A stretch of 63,979 bases of DNA, filler included, from Choristocarpus tenellus KU-1152 (GCA_964200185.2; 15 parts of 15 records of this genome joined end to end with filler, not necessarily neighbours in it); one strand, 5' to 3'. Shown: positions 41,046-54,521, counted from the whole stretch's first letter. The notes: generated by a model from the sequence alone, not told the origin. A program made the numbers and translations.

Positions 41046-42945
41046 CTTCCATAGCAATGACATTCAAGGGTTAGGGAGTCGAGTCACAGGTAAGAAAAGA
41101 GGAAAAAAAAAAGAAGGGAAATTGCATTAACGTGGACGTATTCATCAAACACTTTTTTTTTTTTTTTTAGAGAAAAAAAATATATTTAAATTTATTTTTT
41201 TTTANNNNNNNNNNNNNNNNNNNNNNNNNNNNNNNNNNNNNNNNNNNNTTAATTAATTAANNNNNNNNNNNNNNNNNNNNNNNNNNNNNNNNNNNNNNNN
41301 NNNNATTTAAAATATAAAAAAAAAAAAGAGTTAAAACCCCCCCCCCCCCCCCCCCCCCAGATACTTCGACCCTAGTGCTTGAAATTGTTTATACTTATGC
41401 TTGGAATTTGATCGCTTCAAGAGATTCCGGTCTTGCCACTGAAACTGTACATGGTTTAGTTTTATCACCTGCCCTCTTCCCTCAAGGGCGGCCCTTCATA
41501 CTAGTGCTAGTACATTTTCTTGAACATGTGCTGCCCCAGGCCTGCTGCTGGCGAGAAGGACCCTTGTGTATTACTATTATGGCCATGAATCTGCACCTAT
41601 GTATGGTGAATGCCTTGACAATTTCGTTTGAGTCAGCATTTGGTCACAAGATCCAATGTTTTCAGGAGGTTTGCAATCTCCAACTTTGGCGACTGATAGA
41701 TCTTGTGTGCCGCCTGGTAGCTTTTGGAACATGCACCATTAGAACAGTAGGTGAAGAGTCTAAGGCAATGGAGGCAGCTGGAAGTGTGATCTAGATTCCT
41801 GTGGTCACAAGTTGATTGTGTGAGCGGAGGATAAGCTTACTGACGTGAACAGGGGACTAAGTCAGAAAAAATGAGGAAGGATTAGGACGTTGTTTTGAGG
41901 GGGAGTCAGAAGATGACTGTAGCAGTTTGAAAGTGTGTGTACTGAGAGGGTTCTATACTCTGATTACTCTCTCCACAAGGTTGGTCATCTGCATCACCTA
42001 AGTGTTGTTTTAGGAGGAGTTGTTACCTTGGATGCATGAACTGATAGACTATTAGTGTAGAACATTTTCATTAATGGCAATATTATTATTTGTATACAAA
42101 TAATAGTGGTGCCTATGACTGCAGGGAAGCCTTGGACAGATGGAGTTGTTGAAACATGCAACACTGGGACAGTGCTACTTGTGTGCCTTCATTATTTTGT
42201 CATCGGTGTTCTGTGGTGCAACGCTGACTAATGAAATAAAAATAAATAAGTAAAATCACAATGAAAATTCTCGATCCATGTAGCTCTCCAGAGCCCAAGC
42301 CTGGTAGCTCCTCTTTCCGCCCTTGATTGAGAGCAAGAGTGACACTAATAACAGAGAAAGTATAATAGTAGTAATAACACATCTATGTCAGTGTCAATGA
42401 TGCCGATGTATCCAAGGGTTAAGAATCGTGAAGGGGTGGTGTTTTTGCCAACGTAATATACACTAATATATGAACTGAGTGAACAAGTGCGGCTTAGTCA
42501 ACATTATGGTACATTATGACTGTGAGAGAAATGGGCAACAGCAACTACTGTATGGTCGATTTGGATCATACCCTCAGTGGTATACATTCTACTGTCAAAC
42601 TGACCTGTTGACTCCCCATGTTTAGTTAGCGGAAAAATATTTGTTTTTTTTGTCAAAATTGGCAGCCCCGTGAACATTTTTGGAACCTATTACTGTGTCC
42701 CAGGAGTACAGTTCAGTACAAAATTGACTATTTATTTCTTCTGTTGGTGGCAGTGTTGTATTTTTTACCAATACTGGGAACCTACTCCCCCCAATCAATC
42801 TTAATCGGTTTAGTATTAATAGTACCATTACATTATTATTAAAATTATTGACTGTTTATGTTTATGTTATCAGGCTGACTTCCTCCAGCTATTTCTCCTC
42901 TCGGTTTTCTTTTTTTTTAAATGAAATGGAACCAACAAAAAACAG

Positions 42946-43813
42946 GCATAAAGTTGAGGTTTTGATCAACCATGCAGTGGAATTGGTTCTCCCCTGGCCC
43001 CTGCTCCTTACTCGGACCCCTAGGGCATGGGCAGGACTAGCACAGGTGGGGGGGTGGGGGGGGGGCATCGTTGTGGTGGCTCTTTTTCTTTTCTCAGAAA
43101 TCATACGGTGGACTACATGGTGTCCTATGTTAGACCATGGTTCTGTACGCAGTAGTCTTTGAAATATCTGATTGATACGGCATGTTACGTACTCATGTGG
43201 CATATTTATGAAGCATTTGTAAATGGCTTGTCTTAATCTTTCATGCTCTGCTCTCTCTCTGTTCACACTGCTGTGGTTTTAGATGTACACTTGTTGGGAA
43301 TAGAATGGCGATGTAAAAGACTTCCTGGTGCTCATGCATTTCATTCTAGCAGGGCACGGGATTAAAAAAATAACAAAAATGTAGACCTCTTTTTTTTTTT
43401 GTACCTCGAGCCTTCCAAGGTTTGTTTGGGGAGGGTCTTGGGTAGTGTTGTGAATCATAGAGATTCAAATCAAAACCAAGAATCAAGGGGCGATTGTCCA
43501 TCGGGTATTTCTCGTGTATTTGTGTGCGTGCTATCCTCGCATAGCCCTGTGACACACAGTGCCTCATGCGCCTTGCCTTGTGTTATTTGATTATGTTGGA
43601 AGTACATGAAAGTTATTTAGTTTAAACCGATGTATAACCTATCCTGGTATTGATTAGTGCTTTCGATTTACACCTTTGGGCTTTTTTAGGCACCCCTTCA
43701 AAGCAGGCAAAGATTAGCATTGAAATTGGCGTTTGTTTGTGTTTGCACACTTTGTTTTGGTATCATTATTTCATTGCAATCAAAATGTCAAAAATATATT
43801 AAGCAAACAAACG

Positions 43814-43846
<33 letters not shown>

Positions 43847-44322
43847 ATTACCAAATGAACACAAACATTCCTTTCTATTATTTGTTAGGTTGCTTTCCAG
43901 GCAGCCATTGCTTTGTCTGGCAACCTGTCCTTTCTCAACTGGCTCACGGCCCTTCCAGCCATCTTCTGCTTCGACGATGCTCATTTCTCGCCATTCTTCA
44001 GGACCCTGTCAAAGGCGAGGGCCTCTGCCGCTGCTGCAACGGCTGCCAGGCTGACCTCATTGCCTGTTGATAGAGTTAAGGCCAAGGATAGTGAAGGAAG
44101 TAGTATTGACACCAGGAGCGGGAAACATAGCAGCAACGGGAGACACGGGTGGAGGTTGGGGGGGGGGCACTACAGGAGTTGGAGGGATTTTCTGCGACGT
44201 GTTGGGAAGTGGGTGCGGAGGTTGATCAACGCCTGTGTGTTTTTGGTGTTGGTGAAGGGGAGTGTGCCGGTCATGCAGAATATGCTTTCGACGGGTCAGG
44301 CAATGAATACCAGCTTCGATAG
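42946..44322 (+). CDS. LMF1: Lipase maturation factor family protein, partial; exons 42946-43045, 43889-44322
   Basis: HKVEVLINHAVELVLPW...|VAFQAAIALSGNLSFLNWLTALPAIFCFDD...SVPVMQNMLSTGQAMNTSFD follows LMF1 motifs (NHxxEL, SGNLSFLNWLT, CFDD, QxMNT.F). Confidence 0.9.
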
Positions 44323-44687
44323 GTGAGATAAGTAAGGGTGTCTAGGCCTTGTTGTTGGGAGTGGGGGGNNNNNNNNNNNNNNNNNNNNNNNNNNNNNNNN
44401 NNNNNNNNNNNNTTAATTAATTAANNNNNNNNNNNNNNNNNNNNNNNNNNNNNNNNNNNNNNNNNNNNGGAAAAATGGACCACAAACGGACAGCCCCCCC
44501 TTCCCCCCCCCAGATACTTTGAGCCCGAAATGTTGACAAATCAACATCCTGTGAGTACAGCTTGTGTTCACAAGGCCAAATCATTGCGGAGGGATTCAAA
44601 TCAATATATTTGCGCCAGGGAACCATTTGTACATCTTTTGTAGATAGGAGAGTTGAAAGTACAAATATTTGTACATTTTTGTCTATG

Positions 44688-45407
44688 TCATTATACCCTC
44701 TAACATTTTGCAGGTGTGTCATCGAAAAAGCCAAACCAATATCACAAGGATCCCTGAAAAAGTAACAATTTTTGTAACTGTGAAAGATACCTCTCCAAAG
44801 ACTATTTACTATAGGAATACCAGCTATATTACAACACCCTCTTAAAGCTTGTAAATTACAATGTTGTGTACTTTGTACATGTTTGATATAAGAGGGAGTG
44901 ATACCATAATGATTTGTAAAGGTTTTACCAGTTATTCTACCCTCTGACATTTTGCAGATGTGTCAGGGAAAGAGCCAAACCAATATCACCAGCACCCCTA
45001 TAATTTTTTCCACATTTTCGTAGATGGAGAAGTGGTACGATCAGTATTTGTACATATTTTCGCAGAGGATGAGTTGTACCGATAAATATTTGTACAAGTT
45101 TTTAAAACGGAAGTGGTGGTACAGCTACGCAAATTTCGACCACTGACCACCAATATACGCCTGGTTGTGTAGGGCTAAGCTCGGTTGAAGGGTATAGGGG
45201 CAATGTACACATAACATTATCATTTCGAAGGTTTAAGGGAGTTGCTTGTGGCATAGCTGGTACTCAAATAGTCTATTGATTTTAGAGAGATGTCTTCAAC
45301 ATTTACGACAACTACTAATACTGTTATTACTTTTACAGGGGTCCTTGCGATATTGGTTTGTTTTTTTCTCTGACCTATCTGCAAAATGTCAGAAGGCATT
45401 ATAATAC
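44688..45407. repeat. Repeat family B cluster: inverted pair (44688-44875 vs 45200-45407) plus an internal copy at 44932-45000; other copies at 20888-20946, 47345-47410, 49903-49960
   Basis: Shared core TTATTATGCCCTCTGACATTTTGCAGATGTGTCAGGGGGAAA in both orientations. Confidence 0.88.
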
Positions 45408-46034
45408 ATTGGTACTACGCAGTACATGTTTTCAACTCAAGAAAGTTCAGGGACACCAACATGACACAATACACACGTCATATTACACAGGAATCTACTA
45501 GGGCTTTCACAATGGGTAAGTTGATGAAGAAATGAATTTTGTAAGCGTGAGAATTCCTAGAAGGGAACATGTAACCTGAGTATTGGCAGGGGTAACGAGA
45601 AAGAATCGGAGGGTAGACAAAAAGTTAAGGGCTGAATGGCTGGGAAGCAGAAGTTTTACAGGCGAGTAGCACGAGTATTTCTTCCCGCGCTTTAACTGGC
45701 GCGAGCAGTGTACACGCGTGGGGAACCCCAAAAAAGAGGGGGAACTCCGAGGAAAATCGGTAACTCAGGGAAAGTCGGAAGGGTCCCCAGATGGAAAGGT
45801 GGCAAAGGGTTCTCAGATATATTTCAATATTTGTAAACCAAAGAAGCCCTAATGATAACTGATTATTAGAGATCCTAAAAACGGCTCCGAATGCCTCTGC
45901 TCGAGTTAGAGCCACGTAGATCACTTTAAAAGATATCATACACTTTTCACATGCTGATTGATTAATTAAAAGTACCCCTGTTCTGCTGAGCTTACATTCG
46001 TTAACCTGTGGATTGGACTCCTTTGGCTGTGAGA

Positions 46035-46322
46035 GCATCCTGGGAGCCTTGTACGAGCATAGGTGTCATCTATAAGTCTGTGGATTGGAGCTACACATCT
46101 GGTGGAGGTAAGCTTCTGGAGCGTGCATGTAACATGGAGGTCCTACCGAGACAGTTCCTTTTAATACGATGATATTGATGATAATCCAAGTAAGAGATCC
46201 AGCATACTTGACGACTTGTGCATCAGGAGTCCTATACGTGCATTGGTATCATCTATAGGCCTGTAGATTGGAGCTATACATCCTGTGGAGGTAAGCTTCT
46301 GGGGCGCGCTATAACAGAAGAG
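46035..46322. repeat. Diverged direct duplication (~185-bp period)
   Basis: tcatctata.g.ctgt.gattggagcta.acatc..gtggaggtaagcttctgg appears twice. Confidence 0.85.
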
Positions 46323-47038
46323 GTAGGAGAGACGTTAAAAGAAATGAGTGGTAGGTGGAGTCACGAGGTAAGAAGGAATGGGGCAAAACTAAAGGTATAG
46401 CAAAGGGTGGTGGTGCAGGACAAGCAGGGGCAAGATCATGGCAACCTCCGAGCAATCTTTCCCACCAACCCACCCTTTCGATTCCTCACGATCGAGTGGG
46501 ATGTTGGGGAAGAGGGAGGTCAAGTTCGGGCAGTTGGTGTCTTCTAGTTCAAAGGCACGGTATTGAAGTGGATGATGGAGGAGTGCTCTTGGATGAATAT
46601 GGAGTGTTATGGAGTGATGCGGTGGGGAATGGTGTAGTGTAGTGGAAAGTGGTAGAAAGTGTTGAGGAGGAAGGTGGAGGGTCGTAGAGTGTGGTGGAGG
46701 AAGGAGGATGGATTCGATGAAATTGCCCGCATTGGTTTGTGACGGGAAATCAGTGGCAAAGATTGATTGCACTGGTTGGTCATTGGATATGGTTGGTGAC
46801 TGGAAATCAGTGGCGAAGATTGGTCGCATTGGTTGGTCACCAGTGATGATGTTACAATGGTTGAGGAGGAGTAGAATGGATGGAAGGCTAAGAAGAAGCT
46901 AATTAATAATCCAGAACTCGTAAACAGACCAAAGTGTTGTTTAGAAGAGGGGGTGATATATTTTATATTTTCCATAAAAGAAGAGAAATAAGTACTACTA
47001 CTGTACTGTTACATGAAATTACAGGAGTAGTAACCTAA

Positions 47039-47200
47039 GATTTGTACACGATTGTTCTTTCCTACCAAATTACAATGTGAGATTTGTACACGATTGTTCT
47101 CTCGAACCAAATCACTACACAAGATTTGAACAAGATTCTTCTTTCCTATTAAATCACAACATAGGACTTGTACACAATTGTTCTTTCCTGCTAAATCAAG
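47039..47200. repeat. Degenerate 42-bp tandem repeat x4 (14-codon period)
   Basis: gatttgtacacgattgttct... units; the minus-strand frame stays open (DLxGKNNxVQI repeats). Confidence 0.8.
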
Positions 47201-48370
47201 GTAACAGTACATGAAGATGATGCAGGGTTAGATCACCACCACACGAAATTATCTTCTCGCCAGCACAAACCATTTATACATCTTATCTGCAAATCATGTG
47301 TATGTAGTAAGCACAAAGGTTATATCAACAAGTTGGGATTTGTATATTTTATTATTATTATGCCCTCTGACATTTTGCAGATGTGTCAGGGGGGAAACCA
47401 ATGAAAATTATATATATGTCGTTGTTAGNNNNNNNNNNNNNNNNNNNNNNNNNNNNNNNNNNNNNNNNNNNNTTAATTAATTAANNNNNNNNNNNNNNNN
47501 NNNNNNNNNNNNNNNNNNNNNNNNNNNNTTGTTTTTTCTTCATTTTGTAGTATCATTTTTCATGTACCAGAGTATCCAGTGCTAATTTGAACCAAGTGTT
47601 TTACTGTTCACAGCACCGTATTTAGTCCCAAGTAGTAAGTGCAGTGCGCACTACTAGCAGTTGAATATTTACATAAGTCAAACAATTCAGATGAAACATT
47701 GACTACACACCCATCTCCAGAGTCGGACCACCCTCTGCTCTTTGTTCACCGCATCGACTACTCCAGACAAATATTAGCGAGGAAGCACGATTCCAGTTGG
47801 GCATTTGTAGGGCCATGCAATGAGGACCCCACCCAGCATATGTGAGCCCCTCGGCCCAATTGGGTCCCGTAGCTCGGTCCGCCAGCTCTGGCGGTGCACA
47901 ATGGACACTTGGTGACCGCAAACTGGGGGTGTGATGTCCCTCTGGGGACTGATCCGACTATCTCTCGAGCTTCTGGAGGACCATAGAATGCGGACAGTAC
48001 CGCCCATGACAGACTTGATTGGAGAAAAGGAAGTGGGGGACGTCCATCACCAGTCACGTATAGCAAAAGGGTGGAGGACGAAAAGGGGAGAAGAGGGACT
48101 AAGACACTCGTATTGTACAACTGATTGCAGCAATCACCACAGCATTTGTACTCCATATATCTAGCTAATATCGACACATATATAGCTGATACCACACTTT
48201 TTGTTGTTCTTATAACTTTCTAAGATCCTGAGGAGTGGTATGGGTTCAGGTAATGCAAGTGCTAAACACTTGCTTTACTGTACATGATGCTGAGGTACTT
48301 TCTCTAGTGGGAGTGTACGACGCTTGGGAACCACCTACAATCTGAGGCATCAAAAATATACACACTGTAC

Positions 48371-49477
48371 CTGTCTCCCTGCCATCTTCGTCAACACCAT
48401 GCAGGCCTTGTCAGCTTTCTGCAGAACGGCTTCTATGGCGAGAGCCTGTTGGAGTGATGTAATGGGCACACACCCCTTTCTCCGCCTACCATAGAGTTAG
48501 ACGCGGGGAGGTATTAGGAGTACATAGCCACAGGTTGTTGAGAAACAGTCATGTTGAGCTAATGGTGGCTGCTGACATTGTACAGGAGAGGATGTCACGC
48601 AAAGAAGAGTAATCCTGCCACCCAATTCTGATAATGCAGGAGTAGGTGCGGTATAAACTATGTGCTCCGACATAGATAATGCGTAACACAGCAGCACTGA
48701 CCAGGATGCTAGGGGCTCGGCCAAACACACAAAGCAAATGTATCCCTCACTTGATCAGGGGTCGAACGGTCCGCTTGACCGTCTCCAACAGGTCCAACAC
48801 CTCCACCGCGACGGCATTGGCGTTTGCCTCTCCCGACCTCTCCTTGAGGTCGAGCTTGGCCGATATTCTTGCCGCAGATGAACTGGCCTCGCGAATGGCC
48901 TCGGAGGCGGTGTCAGCACCGTTTATGACAGCCACCATATTTTGAAGAACCTTCGAAAGCCACACGTCGATGGCTCTCTTTTTGCCTGACTGGGATTCCT
49001 CCCCCGTGGATACATCATCGCGAGCCCAGAGGCTCGTAGCTGGCGTCGGAGTAATGAAGCCCTGTTTGTGTTATTTGTGGTTCGGTGTAATAGCAAACAC
49101 GCCGATGGTTGGAAACGATATGGTTAGGTCGAGCCGCGTCGGGTGAGGTCGAGAGATACAACCATCCACGTCACACTGACGACATAAACACCTGTTTGCT
49201 ATCATCTCATTCGCCTATCCCCGTTGCTGAGACAGAGGGGATGAACGCTGGGCATCATCGAATGGCTTCCACTTACCTCTCCAAGTGTTGCCAATAATGC
49301 CTCTCCAAATTGTACCATCGCGAGGCGATGGATGGTATCGACCTTCTCCGCGATGAAAACCATGATAATCACGCCTATTGTTGCAATCCCCAATAGTGCG
49401 ATAAAGAGAATGAGTTGGGGCAAGAGGGCGCCCAGGATTAAGATCCACATTATTGCGGATTGCGTCGTGATTTCCAT
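48371..49477 (-). CDS. Unknown protein with N-terminal transmembrane segments; exons 49477-49277, 49061-~48750, probably 48445-48371
   Basis: ATG-initiated hydrophobic exon with a gtaagt donor, in-phase second exon; the third junction is unresolved. Confidence 0.6.
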
Positions 49478-49984
49478 TACTTATTAGCTGTAGAGATTCC
49501 AGAGAACTCTACACAGCACGTGATCGTTGCTTCAACTGGCGCTTAGGGTGAGAAGGCCCTCAGACGTCGTAGAAAAGTAGTGTGTGTGATTGCGAGGAGG
49601 ACCGATTGATGGTGTGAAGGGAGATGGGTGTGTCGATCTGTTCGGCGAAACGTTGAAGGTTTCAAGTTGCTGTAGACGAATAGAAGGTGATGAGAAGCAC
49701 CAATCATCTATCTACTTATTATATGCGAGAGAAATTGATTATTTTGTTCTACAGAATTATAAAAATGACAGTTTCTAAAAGTCTATATAATAAGTAGGTG
49801 TGGTAGGTTGAGGAGTAGAGGACGTCCCTCTCTTTCCCATTTATATTATGTCGTTAAGGTTTTTTGTGAATAGAAATATGAGATTCGAACTATCAAATAG
49901 TATTATATTTATTATTATGCCCGCTGACATTTTGAAGATGTATGAGGGGGAAAAGGAATGCTAGTATCGTCCTATAGAAAATAA

Positions 49985-50800
49985 TTTTTGTCTCGCACAT
50001 AAATATATTTCTTCAAAATACTTTTTCAATTGGAAATGGTTGGGAAACTGCCTATGAACACAAACATCTTTCTCGGAAATAATGACAGACTTAACAAAAA
50101 CAGGGAAACCGACCCAAAAAAAGGCTGGGAATGATGGTCGATCGGTCGTAACGTCTCAACAAGACGTTCAGTACAGACGTGGTTGATTGCGTTGGATTCC
50201 TTGGCATGTTTGGCGTTAAATTGATCACCCGTCACACTCATTCTCTCCCTCCGTCCACCAAGTTGTGGGCACGTTGTACGCGTCTCTGTCAATGGGGATC
50301 AAGTGATCCTGAACGCCCTCCTCAGGAGAGAATGAGAGTGACCAGTAATCAATTTAACGCAAAACACGCCAAGGGATCCAACGCAACTAACCACGCCTAT
50401 AACAGCCGATTTCAATAATTGAGGATGGAGCTTTTCATTGAGGATGGACTTGACCCTAAATTGACTGGGATAAAGTGTCAATATGTTTTTTTTTGTATTG
50501 TCATTTAAAACAAAAATCATATCTACACTTTATCCCAGTCAACTTTGGGTCAAGCCCATCCTCAATGAAAAGCACCATCCTCAAATTTTGAAATCGGCTG
50601 TTCTATACTGAATGTCTTGTTGTTGAGACGTTATGACCGATTGACCATCTTTTCCAGGCATTTTAAGGACCAATTTTTCTGTTCTTAGTAAATCTGCCAT
50701 TTCCAAAAATGAACATTTGAGTTCAGACGGTGGTTTGTGAACCATTTCGAAATGAAGTGAGAGTTTATGAAGTAAACTGAGTTTTGTGGGCGGGAGAATT
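49985..50800. mobile_element. Nested foldback: long palindrome with two MITE-like hairpin elements (50176-50397, 50401-50603) at its centre
   Basis: Outer arms ~49985-50175 / 50604-~50800; inner arms 50176-50248 / 50324-50397 and 50401-50490 / 50513-50602; TA-type junctions. Confidence 0.85.
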
Positions 50801-51893
50801 CTGGTTGACTGGGGGCACAGGACAAGAANNNNNNNNNNNNNNNNNNNNNNNNNNNNNNNNNNNNNNNNNNNNTTAATTAATTAANNNNNNNNNNNNNNNN
50901 NNNNNNNNNNNNNNNNNNNNNNNNNNNNACAGTCGCAAAAAAAAACCTTTCGGTACTCTTTTAAGACCTTTTTCGCAAAACAACTATCCTCATAGTCCCG
51001 CTCCATTCTCAATTTTGCGAATCCCCTGTTACTACAGCATACAACCAGTAGAGGTGAACAAAATGCTGCTGAGGATCAAATCTGTTCTTCATGATTCTTG
51101 AGTGAGTGAGATGTGCAACTACAACCAATAGAGTACTCCTGATTAATAATCTCATGGGTTATTATTTTGGGAAGATGGCAATGATAAATATCTGCAAATT
51201 GCCCATAGGATGTGGAACAGGAGTTTACACTTTCAACACAATAAGGGGTGGCAAGCAGTTGGTTTGCCCTTGGTGAGATATTAAAGAACATGAAGGGGTG
51301 TTCAAGTTAGTTCATAAATTTGGAATCAGACATTAGTACCAAGCAGGTTGATATGAGATAGTATTGTTGAAGGCAGCTGGAGATAGGGGAAAGGGTTAGA
51401 ACGATATGGATGTGTGAATTTTAACAATCACGGCAAGGACCCAGATGGTGAAGAGAACAGTAGTTAAGAACGTGTTCTGGTCAATCCCCAGTTTATCAAT
51501 GTCACTAATCTTACACAGGACATAAACAAGGCATTAGTAAGTATTGTTATTAACTCAGTGCTAATTGTAATGTAGGAAATCAGGCGATAGGCAAGATGGT
51601 CCTTCTGCATGGCAGCACACAAGAATGTGTGACAGAAGTTCTCATTTATTCATTGAAAGGACTGTTCTAACTCTAAGTACATAAAGAAACAAGGCATGGG
51701 AGCAACGATGGAAATGGTGAAACTGTGCATGTCAACGTGATGGATGTACCACACAGTCTTGTCAAGTCAGTAGACTCAGCAATTGATCTCTTTGAAACTA
51801 CTTCACCCGAATTGAGAGCTTGATGGAGAGGGTTCCCCCACTGTCAAAGAATACACCATACAAGTTGGTCTTGTGTTGGCCGGTAGAGAACTG

Positions 51894-52976
51894 CTAGAGG
51901 TTCTGGATAAATCCACCATTGAGACGGCTCTTCAACTTCCTCATTGAACGCCGTACCTCTGGTGGGACAGACCCTGACTCATCTCCACCCCCTGTAGCAG
52001 GAACAGGTGCAGCTGTGGTGGCCACCCTCAGGTTACTCTGTGAGCGTGAAATATCCCAAGGGAAGCGTAGCCAGGGGTGAGAACACTTCGCAGCCAAGGC
52101 ATGAAATAGCACACAGAAGGACATGTAGCGGTCCAGCATCCCCACACGAGACTCATAGAACATTTGGAGGACCTGGAGAGGTAGGATAGGTCGGGAATTT
52201 GTGGCCTTGGGTCAGAGATAAGGCGCGCACATTGGTATATCAGGATTGCCAGGTACATTGGATTGAATGTCCTGTCCAAGATATTTCTGTACTTCAGGTT
52301 GCACATGCTCCTACTGTGTATCATCACTTTGTATTTAATAGTGGTGTTTACCAAGACCAATTCCGTAGTGTTCCCAAACACTCGAACTGATGAAGAGAAA
52401 AATGTACTTTTCTGTACATAATCATATCAGCAAGTATTCCCATCATCATGTACATTACACGTATAAAGGGTCAAGATAGCTGTAGTAACTAACTATAGCC
52501 CTATATTGAACAGACTTACGTTTGAATGTCATTTCCTCCTCCTTATTCCTCTCAAAAAGTAATGTTTGCTATGGTATTACTCCGGGAGCATAATGTACAA
52601 CAGGATGTAGGCTGTACAGAGGTAACTTGAGCCTGAGTTCAAAACTCGTTAGAGTAGATATTACATGGATAACAGAATCAGATGCTTCCTGTTGCGATCT
52701 ACTGCATGGATCATCAGCATGATGATTGGGCTTGAAAAATGAGATTCGGCAAAGAAACAACAGGCTTGGGTCTTCCTCCTCCCCAAACCACACAACGTGA
52801 TACCCAGATTACCTCACCTGGAGATTGCACTGCACAGCGTAGGTGTTGGCATTGAGCTTGGAAGAAAAAGCCAACACGTCGTTGGGGTTGTGAATGGAGT
52901 TGGGATCTTCAATCACGGAACGCCGTGAGATTAGTCCAATCATCATACTCTTGATCCTCTTGGTGTCAAGAATATT
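51894..52976 (-). CDS. C-terminal exons of an uncharacterised protein; exons 52976-52818 and 52172-51894, intermediate exons uncertain
   Basis: Clean GT-AG exons; the last reads VLQMFYESRVGMLDRYMSFCVLFHAL...WDISRSQSNLRVATTAAPV. Confidence 0.6.
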
Positions 52977-54234
52977 CTGGAAAAATGCAAATTATGGGTA
53001 CAGAGAGTACGTTCAGACACAGTGTTGAGTCACCTACAAGAGACGGGATTGGTTCAATGACAACCAAGGTCTTGTCAGAGTATTGCCCTAACCTTAACCC
53101 TTATTAACCATGCAATATGCGCAGCAACAACAAACCAATACCTCAAAGAAGATGGCTTGCAATTCGTATTTCTTCAGGTACCACTGACTGGGTGCGTCTA
53201 ATTGTCGACATTTCAAACGTAGATGATCAGCATGATATCTGGCTCTTCAATTTTATAAATCACCTCAATAAGCGAACTACCAATTCTGGGTGCTACAGCT
53301 TCAAAAGAATAGGTAGATCAAAAGAACCGCTGCAGTGTCACAGGCAAACCTTACACAACATTTAGTCTAAAGAAATTCGTCAGTGAGTGGTGCAATTCAT
53401 GTTTGAGTATATCAGTGAAACTCATCTACTAGAATATATTGAAACTGCACAAGATCCATCTAGCTCTGTACTTATGTGGTATGGGGGGTGGGGGAATGGG
53501 GAAAGTGTCAAGTAATGTGCTGCCTATAAGGAAGCTGCAATTGGCAGGCAGGACAATATCTATTTCTAGCACTGTTCCATGAACAATGACCTCCCTTGTC
53601 TCTAGTAAGGGAAGGATTGATGTGGCAAGGAACCACTGACGTAATGTATAACTAAGTTAAGGCTGCCGTGCAAGGATTTGTATCATCTTCTTGTGAACAA
53701 ACTGGATATGCTTCTAAATTGATGAAATATTATTGACTGATTATCGTAACTTAAATTACAAAAAATATATATTTGTGAAAAGATCGTATGATTCAAAGTT
53801 TCAATTTTGAAATTTGAAAAATATAAAATTCTTAAATAATATTTGATAAAAAGATTGAAGTAATAAATTTATATATTTAATTGTAATTCATTATTTTAAA
53901 TGCCGCAAGGAATGATTGGGCAGTTGGGGCATGGTGGACAGTATATGCTGTCTAGAAAATGGAGCTGTACTTAGAATTGTGACCAATGCAAGGTAGACCA
54001 AGAATATACCTCAGAGCAAAAAAAAAAGGAGTGCTACCTATCTCTGGAGCCTACCTCCAGAGTGAGAGAATAAACCATACTCAGCACCCGAACTTTCTCA
54101 CCAGCATGTCCACGTCAAAGTGTATCCTTCAAAATAGAGCCATTGGACGAGCATTGATTTGGATTTTTTCACCTTTTCAGCAGTTGCAAAAGGAGAGCTA
54201 TAGCAACGCGATACGCAGTCGAAGATTCATAATT

Positions 54235-54416
54235 GGCTCTAAGTATCTGAGGGTAGGGTGGGGTTCTACACTAGGGTGTCCATTTGGGCCCTAACCAGGA
54301 AAAGTGAACCTACATTATCTATCCTACACATGCAACCAAATCACCCAAAAATTGAGATATGGAAAAATAGACCCCAGATGGACAGCCGCCACCCCCCCCC
54401 CCAGGAACCTTGAGGC
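54235..54416 (+). mobile_element. MITE family A, full diverged copy
   Basis: att|GGCTCTAAGTATCTG...CCTTGAGGC|atc. Confidence 0.88.
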
Positions 54417-54521
54417 ATCGCNNNNNNNNNNNNNNNNNNNNNNNNNNNNNNNNNNNNNNNNNNNNTTAATTAATTAANNNNNNNNNNNNNNNNNNNNNNN
54501 NNNNNNNNNNNNNNNNNNNNN

